From a virus (taxonomy: Duplodnaviria > Caudoviricetes): DNA of 38,033 bases. A model generated the notes under the pieces. The model saw only the letters and a list, made by a program, of their open reading frames with translations, had not been told where the DNA came from and ran no database searches. Within the stretch, counting starts at the first letter, position 1; each line of letters begins with the position of its first letter. Made by a program: the position numbers and the translations under genes. The stretch spans positions 1 through 38,033 of the IMG/VR virus record IMGVR_UViG_3300018050_000387. One strand, given 5' to 3'. Positions 1 to 8,600 of the stretch are shown in pieces.

Positions 1-2
1 CT

Positions 3-1580
3 GATATCACTGATGATCGGGTCTACTACACCGACGGCGTTGGCCCAAAGAAAACCAACTGGGCACTGGCGACTACGAGTGGAACAGGTGTAAAGCCATT
101 TCCAGTTGCCTATTACCAGCTGGGAGTACCAAACCCAACTGCTGGCCCTACCCTTGTAAAAAGCGGTGGCTCTGGGACTGTGCATGAAGATCGTGTATAT
201 GTGTACACATATATCAGCACGTTTGGAGCGGTTTTGGAAGAGTCTGGCCCCAGCCCAGCCACATCAATTTCTACTGTTGAGCCAAATGCCACGGTAACAG
301 TCAGCGCGTTTGCCACAGCACCCATATCATCCGCAGGGTACAACATCACTGCAATCCGTATTTACCGGGCTGTTGCCGGGACTGACTCTATCAATTACTA
401 CTATGTTGGGCAAGTTACCGTAACCCCCAGCACTGGCGTTGCGACTGGCACTTTTGCTGACAATATCTTAGCCGCCAATCTGGGAGTTATTCTTCCTTCC
501 TTGTATTACATTCCCCCACCTGCTACGTTGCAGGGCTTAGTTTCAATGCCAAACGGCATTTTGGCGGGTTTCACTTCAAATCAAGTTTGGTTTTGCGAGC
601 CATATCTTCCTCACGCTTGGCCAAGTGGCTACATGATGACTGTGGGGTCTCCCATTGTTGGGCTTGGCGTGTTTGGGCAAACGCTGGTTGTATGTACAAA
701 ACAGCATCCGTATTTGATTACAGGTTCCACGCCTGGGGCCATGACACAAGAGAAGGTGCCACTGTTTGAACCTTGCGTGTCCAAGCGATCAATTGCAGGC
801 GACCAATACGGGGTGCTGTACGCCAGTCCTAACGGGATTGTTTCGATTGCCCCTGGCACTACGGATGTAATTTCTCGTCCCCTGTTTACACGAGATGAGT
901 GGCAAACCTACCTACCAACTTCAATGATTGGGGTGATATACCAAAACATGTATATTGCGTTCTACGCCGTAGGAACGACAAAAGCAGCGTTGATCATTAC
1001 CCGTGGGGATACCCCACCTTTGGTAACTTTTGACACCGACGCCCAGGCTGTGTTTGTTCAGCGGTCAACAGCAAACGTGTATGTTGTTCCTTCTGGCGGA
1101 ACAGAAATTTATCAGCTTGATGCAGATCCAATAAACAACTTGTTTTATCAGTGGACTTCCAAAAAGTTTATTCTCCCAGAACCTACCAACTTTGGGGCGG
1201 CAAAAGTTCAGGCTGATTGGGATTACATAGATAGCACAACAGCGTATAACGCATATGTTGCTGCGCTTGTTGCAACAAATCAAGCCCTGTGGGCAGCTGG
1301 AACTGCACTAAACAGTACGGTTAATTCTATTGTGGTGAACGGAATGTTACTTGGCGGAAGTACTTTGACGCCCATTCCAAACCCTGCTGAAACCAGAAAC
1401 GTAAACTTTATTTTGTTTTCCGACGGAGTCCAGGTGTACTCTCAAGGTGTACTCTCCCAAGAACCTATTCGTTTGCCCGCCTCCTCAAAAGGTTATATCT
1501 GGGAGGTAAAGTTGACCGGAAACGCTCCGTTGCGCAACTTCAAAATGGCCACTTCCATTGGGGAGCTTAGGCAAATATGA
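3..1580 (+). CDS. Tail nozzle / tail tubular-type virion protein (5' truncated)
   Basis: Frame is open from nt 3 (DITDDRVYYTDGVGPK...YYQLGVPNP) into the 180..1580 ORF; beta-rich with FCEPYLPHAWP and VLYASPNG motifs typical of podovirus tail proteins; lies upstream of GNAT and ejection genes. Confidence 0.7.
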   Translation, partial: DITDDRVYYTDGVGPKKTNWALATTSGTGVKPFPVAYYQLGVPNPTAGPTLVKSGGSGTVHEDRVYVYTYISTFGAVLEESGPSPATSISTVEPNATVTVSAFATAPISSAGYNITAIRIYRAVAGTDSINYYYVGQVTVTPSTGVATGTFADNILAANLGVILPSLYYIPPPATLQGLVSMPNGILAGFTSNQVWFCEPYLPHAWPSGYMMTVGSPIVGLGVFGQTLVVCTKQHPYLITGSTPGAMTQEKVPLFEPCVSKRSIAGDQYGVLYASPNGIVSIAPGTTDVISRPLFTRDEWQTYLPTSMIGVIYQNMYIAFYAVGTTKAALIITRGDTPPLVTFDTDAQAVFVQRSTANVYVVPSGGTEIYQLDADPINNLFYQWTSKKFILPEPTNFGAAKVQADWDYIDSTTAYNAYVAALVATNQALWAAGTALNSTVNSIVVNGMLLGGSTLTPIPNPAETRNVNFILFSDGVQVYSQGVLSQEPIRLPASSKGYIWEVKLTGNAPLRNFKMATSIGELRQI

Positions 1581-1780
1581 AAAAACCCAGTATTCCAGCC
1601 ACAAGTTCTTTACCGCCTGAGCTGGGGCGGATTATTGAGCCGTTGAAGGCCAATATAGAGATGATTACCGGGTCACGGCCAGGGTCAGTTGCGTTATCCC
1701 CGCTGCCTGCTGCTGCCACTTTGCCGCAGGTTGTCACCCAATTGAACTTAATCCTTTCCAGAATTCAACAATCTGGGTAA
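1577..1780 (+). CDS. Small hypothetical virion-module protein (67 aa)
   Basis: ATGA overlap with upstream stop, GGAG upstream, fills gap exactly. Confidence 0.75.
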   Translation: MKKPSIPATSSLPPELGRIIEPLKANIEMITGSRPGSVALSPLPAAATLPQVVTQLNLILSRIQQSG

Positions 1781-1791
1781 GATACGCCCGT

Positions 1792-2217
1792 ATGAAGACT
1801 GTGGTATACGGACAAGACGAACGAGTGCTGCAATGGGTCGGAGAACGAATTGATGAAGAAGATTTTGGCCCAGGCAGCGTTGGGATTGGTCTGGAAGAAA
1901 ATAATGAGTTGATCGCAGGAGTTGCGTTCAACATGTACACAAAGGCTTCGATCTGTATGCACGTAGCAGCCATGCCCGGTCGGCGTTGGATGACAAGAGA
2001 TTATTTGTGGAGATGTTTTGCGTACCCATTTTTGCAACTCAACTGCAACCGGATCACCGGACTGGTTCGCGTAGACAACTTGGACGCTCAACGTTTTGAT
2101 GAGCACCTTGGGTTTGAAAAAGAAGGTGTATTGCGCAAGGCGCATACAGACGGAACAGACATGATCATCTACGGTATGTTAAAAGAAGACTGCCGCTGGC
2201 TAGGAGTTAAAAAATGA
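1792..2217 (+). CDS. GNAT-fold acetyltransferase-like protein (position of P22 gp14)
   Basis: RITGLVRVDNLDAQRFDEHLGFEKEGVLR is a RimJ/RimL-type GNAT signature; sits directly before ejection proteins. Confidence 0.85.
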   Translation: MKTVVYGQDERVLQWVGERIDEEDFGPGSVGIGLEENNELIAGVAFNMYTKASICMHVAAMPGRRWMTRDYLWRCFAYPFLQLNCNRITGLVRVDNLDAQRFDEHLGFEKEGVLRKAHTDGTDMIIYGMLKEDCRWLGVKK

Positions 2218-3134
2218 GTAGACGTTTTCATACTACTGAGTGGGATTTGTTGCCCGAGTTGGCGTTTCGCCCGCGCCCTGGCGGTGGCATGACGTTTGAA
2301 GGCGGCAAAGGTGGAAGTGCCGCTCCTGAACCTGATGCCAATATTGGCATTGCCCAAAGAGAACTATCTGCCTTGGCAAAAGAGCAATGGACAGAGTTCA
2401 AGACCAATATTTACCCTGACCTTCAAGCAGCAGCTGCTAAGCAAGAAACTCGTGCGCAGGGTTTGTACGACGTTACATCTGCAACTATGAAGAAGCAGCT
2501 GGAGTACTCCGAAAAAGATCGTGAACGCTACGAAAAGGGCGGTATTCCGCTTATGGAAGCGATTCGTAAAGAAGCTGTTGAGTACAACGAACCTGCTTAT
2601 CAAGAAATGATGGCGCTTCGCGCTGGTGCAGACGTGGCTACTGCATCTGAAAATCAACGCCAGCAAACAATTATGCGGCAACAACAGTATGGGATTGACC
2701 CCACTTCTGGTGTTGCGGCTGGCAATGAAAACGTCAATTCTGTTCTAACTGCTGCTGCGCAAGCACAGGCCCAAAACCAGACACGTATGGCGGCTAAAGA
2801 AATTGGTTTGGCTAAGTTGGGTAATGCGTACAACATGTATGCTGGCTTGCCGTCACAGGCAAATACAGCGACCAATACAGGTGTTGCTGCCGGAACTACG
2901 GGGGTCACCACCGCTCAATCTGGTGTGACCAATAAACTGGCTATTGCTGATTCTTTTAATCGCGGCACCTCAACGGCTATGGGCGGGTGGAATAGCGTTG
3001 GCCAACTTGGCGTTGGTAAGTATCAAGCTGATATTTCAGCATATAACGCACAGCAGCAAGCTGAAGGCGCTATGTGGGGCGGACTGGGTTCTGCGGTTGG
3101 GTCTGGTATTGGTCTGTACGCCCAGATGCAATAG
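2214..3134 (+). CDS. DNA ejection / pilot protein, P22 gp7-like
   Basis: GGAG RBS and ATGA overlap; N-terminal leader then E-GGKGG; Ala/Gln-rich helical body; Gly-rich hydrophobic C-terminus (MWGGLGSAVGSGIGLY). Confidence 0.7.
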   Translation: MSRRFHTTEWDLLPELAFRPRPGGGMTFEGGKGGSAAPEPDANIGIAQRELSALAKEQWTEFKTNIYPDLQAAAAKQETRAQGLYDVTSATMKKQLEYSEKDRERYEKGGIPLMEAIRKEAVEYNEPAYQEMMALRAGADVATASENQRQQTIMRQQQYGIDPTSGVAAGNENVNSVLTAAAQAQAQNQTRMAAKEIGLAKLGNAYNMYAGLPSQANTATNTGVAAGTTGVTTAQSGVTNKLAIADSFNRGTSTAMGGWNSVGQLGVGKYQADISAYNAQQQAEGAMWGGLGSAVGSGIGLYAQMQ

Positions 3135-3135
3135 T

Positions 3136-3885
3136 ATGTTTGACAATTTGTTTGCTCGCCACAGTAAAGTTGCTTTGATGTACTCAGGCGGGAAAGACTC
3201 GCTTGCGTGTTTGCATCTACTTAAAAATTATTTGGACAAACTTACAGTAGTTTGGGTAAACACAAATGCTGGGTTCCCAGAAATTCAGGAAACTATGGAG
3301 CAACTCAAAATTAGAGTTCCTAATTTTCTTGAAGTTGTAAGTGACCAGCCTACTTCTGTTGCGCTACGTGGGTACCCGTCTGATGTTGTACCAGTAAGTT
3401 ACACGGCTACAGGGCAACAGTTTGAGCAAACCCAAAATATTACGTTGCGCACTTATATAGATTGCTGTTCAGAAAATATGTGGAATCCGTTAGACCAAGC
3501 AATTAAAAAATTTGGTTTTACCGCTGCTATTTTTGGACAACGTTTTGATGAAATTCGTAAAGCCCCCGGTAAGTCCGGGAACATTTATGATGGCGTGGAG
3601 CGCATCCACCCTATTGAGGATTGGACTAAAGAAGACGTATTGGCGTATCTTACTGAATGCGGGGTTGACACGTCAGGTCGGCTTAGCATGGAGCACTCCT
3701 CATTGGATTGCTGGAACTGCACTGCGCACTGCAACCATTCTGTAGAACGTATGGCCTACATCAAAACAAACCATCCAGAAAAGTATACGCACGTTGTGCA
3801 ATTGCTTCGGCGGATTGATAATGCAGTAACGGAACAAATGTCGGGGCTACGCGCTCTGACTCGAGAGGAAAATCATGGCGTTTAA
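3136..3885 (+). CDS. PAPS reductase-family (PP-loop adenine nucleotide alpha-hydrolase) protein, 249 aa
   Basis: YSGGKDS PP-loop, GQRFDE, HPIEDWTKEDV, SSLDCWNCT; ATG at 3136 follows the upstream stop (2944 start overlaps the previous gene and is unlikely). Confidence 0.85.
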   Translation: MFDNLFARHSKVALMYSGGKDSLACLHLLKNYLDKLTVVWVNTNAGFPEIQETMEQLKIRVPNFLEVVSDQPTSVALRGYPSDVVPVSYTATGQQFEQTQNITLRTYIDCCSENMWNPLDQAIKKFGFTAAIFGQRFDEIRKAPGKSGNIYDGVERIHPIEDWTKEDVLAYLTECGVDTSGRLSMEHSSLDCWNCTAHCNHSVERMAYIKTNHPEKYTHVVQLLRRIDNAVTEQMSGLRALTREENHGV

Positions 3886-5671
3886 TCTTGGTGCATTTGC
3901 AAGCGGTCTTGCCAAGGGCGGGATAGACACATACGCAAAATTTTTAGAATTTGAAGAAAGAAAAAAAGCAGACGAGCGTGCGGAACGTGCGCTTCAGTTG
4001 CAAATCGACGCTGCCCGTGAAACAAGGGAACTGCGGGAAGGTGTGCGTTCAGCCGGAGAAACTACTCTTGGGCGCGTTGGACAAGCTGCATTAACAGGCA
4101 ACTACACCCAAGATGCAGGGCTTCGCGCTGGCGTAGGTACACAAGCTGACATGTTGGCCAAACAAACAGAAGGTATGGGCCTTGGTTTGGATGATGTTGA
4201 TCGTATGCGAACTGCACAGACCTTGCGAGAGAATGTTGCGTATCAAAATCAGCCTGAAGTACAAGCACGTCTGGCCGCAGGGACTCCTGCTGGTTTACCA
4301 ACTGAAGGTTTGACTCGTGCTGCATTGTTGCCCGAGAAAGGTTTGTACACCCGCGAACAAGCCATAGAAGACTACGCCACTCGCTTGGCAAAAGTTGATC
4401 CTGAGAAAGCTTTGCAAGCAGAAATGCTTGGCATCCAGCGAAAAGGTGCTCTTCAGGGCTTAAAGGTTGGCGAACAAACCTTGGAAAAAGGCGGATATGA
4501 ACTTAGCAAATTAAAACGCGATAAAGAATTTGATGATGAATTTGATAAGACCAAAAAAGAATGGGCGCAGAATACATTTACTCTAAAACAAGACGTTGAC
4601 AAAACGTTCCAGGCCGAAGGTGCTGCCGGGGTGCTTAAAAAGTACGGCAAAGAATTCCAGAAGGCTACCGGGAACACTGTTCAACTTGTGGGCAACGAAA
4701 TCGTAGTTAAAAAAGGTGATCAAGTTGTTGAGAAGTTTGGCGCTGATCAGTTAGCTGCGCGTATGGAACCCATGCTTGCAATGAAGACTACACAGTCTTT
4801 TATGGACACAATGGTGTCCAAAGGCATGTTCAAAAATACTGATCAGGCTATGAACTTTTTGAAGATTCAGTCTGACATGCGCAATCAAGGCATTACTGCT
4901 GATGCGTCTATGATCAAAGCTTTGGCAGATCAAGCCCTTGTACCTTCCACTGCGGCAAGAAATAATGCGGCTGCTGCGGCCAGCAACGCCATGTCCAAAA
5001 TGACCAATCTGTCTATGGAGAATAGGGCAGAAGCTGGCAAACTGGTTGAAAAATGGAATGAGTTAACTCCTGAAGAGCAAGCTGGCCCGAAAGGATTGGC
5101 GTTGCAAAGAGAGTTCAACATGCTCAACGTCAAAGCGGGAGCGACTGTCCCATTAGGCGGAACCCCACGGGAGACCAAAGGGGGCATTATGAAAGTCCCG
5201 GTGGAACAAAAGAAAAACGATGACGGCACGTATACGGCGTTTGCCAAAGATGGCGGACAAGCGTTGTACAACACTGTCAATGGCGAAGCTATCCCTCTAG
5301 GCATGGACGCCCCGACGTACGCCAGAATGAAACAAGAAGCCAGTGCCAATCGCGTAAAGCTTGTGGCTGGAGAAGACAACGGCAGGCTGGTTTTGAAATA
5401 CCAGGGAGCGGACGGACAGTTCTACGACAACGTCAAAGAAGCAAGTCAAGCCAAAGCTGCGACAAAGAAAGATACCGCCGCTCCTGCTGCGACTTCTACG
5501 GCTCCTGCTGCATCTGCGATACCAACAGAAGCGCCTACGCCCCAGTCAAAAGTTTTGTATGGAAAAACCAAATATACTTTACCGGGCGTACCTGGTGCGT
5601 ACGACACAGCAGAAGAAGCGCAAGCCGCATGGGTGCGTACAAACCAGCCCAAGCCCGGTCGTCAATATTAA
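3875..5671 (+). CDS. Putative internal virion / ejection protein (598 aa)
   Basis: GAGG RBS; N-terminal MAFNLGAFASGLAKGG amphipathic Gly segment, long helical Ala/Gln/Lys body; position before the giant protein. Confidence 0.65.
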   Translation: MAFNLGAFASGLAKGGIDTYAKFLEFEERKKADERAERALQLQIDAARETRELREGVRSAGETTLGRVGQAALTGNYTQDAGLRAGVGTQADMLAKQTEGMGLGLDDVDRMRTAQTLRENVAYQNQPEVQARLAAGTPAGLPTEGLTRAALLPEKGLYTREQAIEDYATRLAKVDPEKALQAEMLGIQRKGALQGLKVGEQTLEKGGYELSKLKRDKEFDDEFDKTKKEWAQNTFTLKQDVDKTFQAEGAAGVLKKYGKEFQKATGNTVQLVGNEIVVKKGDQVVEKFGADQLAARMEPMLAMKTTQSFMDTMVSKGMFKNTDQAMNFLKIQSDMRNQGITADASMIKALADQALVPSTAARNNAAAAASNAMSKMTNLSMENRAEAGKLVEKWNELTPEEQAGPKGLALQREFNMLNVKAGATVPLGGTPRETKGGIMKVPVEQKKNDDGTYTAFAKDGGQALYNTVNGEAIPLGMDAPTYARMKQEASANRVKLVAGEDNGRLVLKYQGADGQFYDNVKEASQAKAATKKDTAAPAATSTAPAASAIPTEAPTPQSKVLYGKTKYTLPGVPGAYDTAEEAQAAWVRTNQPKPGRQY

Positions 5672-5683
5672 CAAGCACTAAAT

Positions 5684-8600
5684 ATGGCCTCTTCTTTCGT
5701 CCCCTTTCGCACGGTCGTTGGGTCAGAAGACAACAATTCTGGGTTTCAACCTATTCGGGAAGTAACACTTCCGCCGCCGCCCAAAGGCGGGTTTTTCTCC
5801 GACATTAAACGGGGTACGGGCCAAGTTGTTGAAGCCGTTGGTTCTACACTCCAAGATGTTGGTGCGGATGAAGTTGGCCAAGCCATTGAAGGCTATGGTC
5901 GCGGTGTTGTTCGCCGCAATCCTTCAGAGATTGGGACGTTTGGTGAGGCGCTAAGTAGCCCGCTTACTACCGCCCGTGAAGCCGTTGGCGAACTTGTTCC
6001 GCAGATTGGCTCTTCTCTTGCCACTGGTTTGGCTGGGCGAGTGGTTGGCGGCGCTTTGGGCTTACCTTTTGGGCCTGTTGGTGTGGCCGTTGGTCAAAAC
6101 CTGGGGGCAGCTGGTGGTGCGTACCTTGGAAACTTGGTACAAGAATACGGCGGCATTCGTACTGAACAGCGCGAACAAGGCATAGAGGATAAAACCCGCG
6201 CTCTGGGTACTGCTGGTGCTGCTGCGGTGCTTGACACTGCGTTTGGTGCTGAAAGAATTGCCAACAGATTCCTCAAAGAAGGCTCCGACATTCTGGCCCG
6301 TCAACCGGGCAGCAGCCTTTTAAAGCAAGTCGGCAAACAAGGCGCAATTGGGTTTGGGATTGAGTCTGTCACTGAGGGAGCGCAAACCGGCCTTGAGCGG
6401 TATGGCGCATACAAACCCCTGACTGGCGATGAAGCGTACAACGAGTATGGCTTAGCCATGCTGAAAGGCGGTATTGGTGGCGGCGTTGTTCGTGGCGGGT
6501 TGGCGGCTGTTGCGGGGGAACAAACTCCTCCTGGCGGAAGTCTGCTTCAAGGCGGAAACAAAACCCAAGACACCAATGCTATCCAGCAAGCGTTTGACCA
6601 ACCTCAGACTTCTGGGACACCGCTTACAAACGTAACGCCCCCACCTGCGCCACCTATCACGCCATCGGCTGATACCACGCCACCTCCAGCACCCATCGTG
6701 TCTGGGGGCACAACGCCCATTGCACAGGCTACCCAACAACAGGGCCAAGCGGACGCTGCTGCACAGCAACAACAGCAACAGCAAGCACAACGTGACCTGA
6801 CAATCAGCCAGTTTGGTTTGACCGGAGACACTCCTGGCACTGGAAGCTTCTTTGGTCGTCCGATCTTTGGGCCAGCAATAAATCAGGTTGCTGATGCACT
6901 TGCCCCTATTGCAGCGCAGTTAAACCCTGCCGAAGCTGCCATCATGGACGCCATTGTTACCGCAGACCAAAAGCTGGGCAACAAACTTTTAAGCTTTCAA
7001 TTTAACGCCGATAAAATTGCCAACTCTGTCCAGAAGGGCGTGCAGGCGGTTACGACTGCGGCTACCAAATTCCAGATTGCTGACGTTCAAACCGTGGGCG
7101 AAGCTGCATATAGACTCAATGAACTCTCAAAGTCTGCCAAAGGGCAGGCGCTGGAACAAATCAACGCCATCCATGAAGCCTTGACTGGTAAGGACACGGA
7201 AGGGTATATTGCATCACAGACCTCAAAACCGAAAGGAAAATCAAATGTACAGCAACAACAGCAAGTGTCTTCCGGGCTGGGAACAGTTCCAGTCCAAGGC
7301 GGAACAATCCAAGGCGATGGCGGACTCACTGGGCTTTTACAACCCGGCGCAGTTCAACCCGTCGGGGCAGGAGTTGTCTCTGGAGCAGCGAATGACCAGC
7401 AAGCTGGACAGCTACCAGGAGAAGGAATACGGACTGGCCCCAGTGTCGCCCCCGCAGATGATCTCGGTGGTGCTGCCCAAACGCCGCAAGATGTAAGTGG
7501 AGCGCCAAGTGAAACAACCGTCGCCACCGCCCCAAGTGCCCAAAATGTCGAAGCAAACGCGCCAGTACTCGAACAAGGGGTACAGCGCGGTGGCGCGGCA
7601 CCTACTGGGACTGTTCAAACCCAAGAAGGGCTAAGCCCTGGGCGAGTTGCTTGGGAGGAAATGGACGGCACGGGTACATCGTTTGATGACCTGCCTGAAA
7701 ATCTTCAGCAAGTTTGGGAACGTGCCGTAGCCGAAAACAGGGCCACTGGGGACATTCAAGAAACACTGGCCGCTAGTGCTCAGGATACTAGCCTTGCAGC
7801 CAAGGCCCGCGCTGTGTTGCGTGCCGCATTGGACATGGTTATTCAGCCAACGTCCAGGATGTCCGAAGATGTAGCCGCCCGTAAACGAGAGTTTGTCGCA
7901 GCCTATTGGGGTGGCGCACGTTCTGATGCACTGACAAAAGTAGCTGCTGACCTCGGCATTTCCAAAGATCAGGCCAAACGGTGGTCTGCTGAGTTGCCCA
8001 ACTTCTTGACCGTAAATGGTCAGAAGATCAAAGCTGCGGTTGAGACCGTCGCCAAAGAGCGTGGCATTGACATTGCTGACGTACTTGATGGGTTGCGCAG
8101 CATTGAGGAGCAGCATCCAACCGAAGAAATGGTGGATGAGATTGAAGGCACAGGCCAAAGCACTTCTGCCACGGAAGAGCCGTTGTCTTCTGACCAAGAA
8201 GATATCGAAGTAGATCAGGGACAGCTTAACAAAGCACCTGAGGAAGAACTCAACACTGCGGAAGCTGATGCCGGGCAGAATGATTTTGTCATCTCCAGCC
8301 GTAAAAGCGCCAGCCTGCAAGAACAGAACAACGCAGTTGAAACCAACCAAGCCAAGATCATGCGCTTGTTGGACATGCAAGACAAGATCAACGAAGCCGA
8401 GTCTATCGAGAATCCCCCGGCTCCAAAGATTGTTTCTTTGTCCGAAGCTGCATTGGAAAAGCTTGGCGGCGATGTCACCAAACTCAAAGAACACGACTTG
8501 TTGAATTTGGCCGTGAACGCCAAACTGACTGAAAACTTTGAACTTGCTGACCAACTCAACGCAGAGTTAAGCAGCCGCATTGAAAAAGCGCTTGAAAAAG

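Noticed and set aside
2944-3135. N-terminal extension of the PAPS-reductase ORF
   Set aside because: Overlaps the ejection gene; the ATG at 3136 directly after its stop gives a normal domain start.
5976-6185. Hydrophobic +1 ORF (69 aa) in the giant gene, holin-like at first sight
   Set aside because: Leu/Trp/Val richness is the expected shadow of GGT/GCT/GTT codons in a Gly/Ala-rich host segment; no clear SD before its GTG.
6725-6790. CAA/CAG-rich tract as a contingency repeat
   Set aside because: Mixed codons encoding poly-Gln in a linker; not a pure frameshifting repeat.
8016-8504. Two more +1 ORFs (65 and 78 aa) in the giant gene
   Set aside because: Ser/Thr/Pro/Arg/Cys shadow composition, no convincing RBS, and the host frame looks like ordinary protein here.
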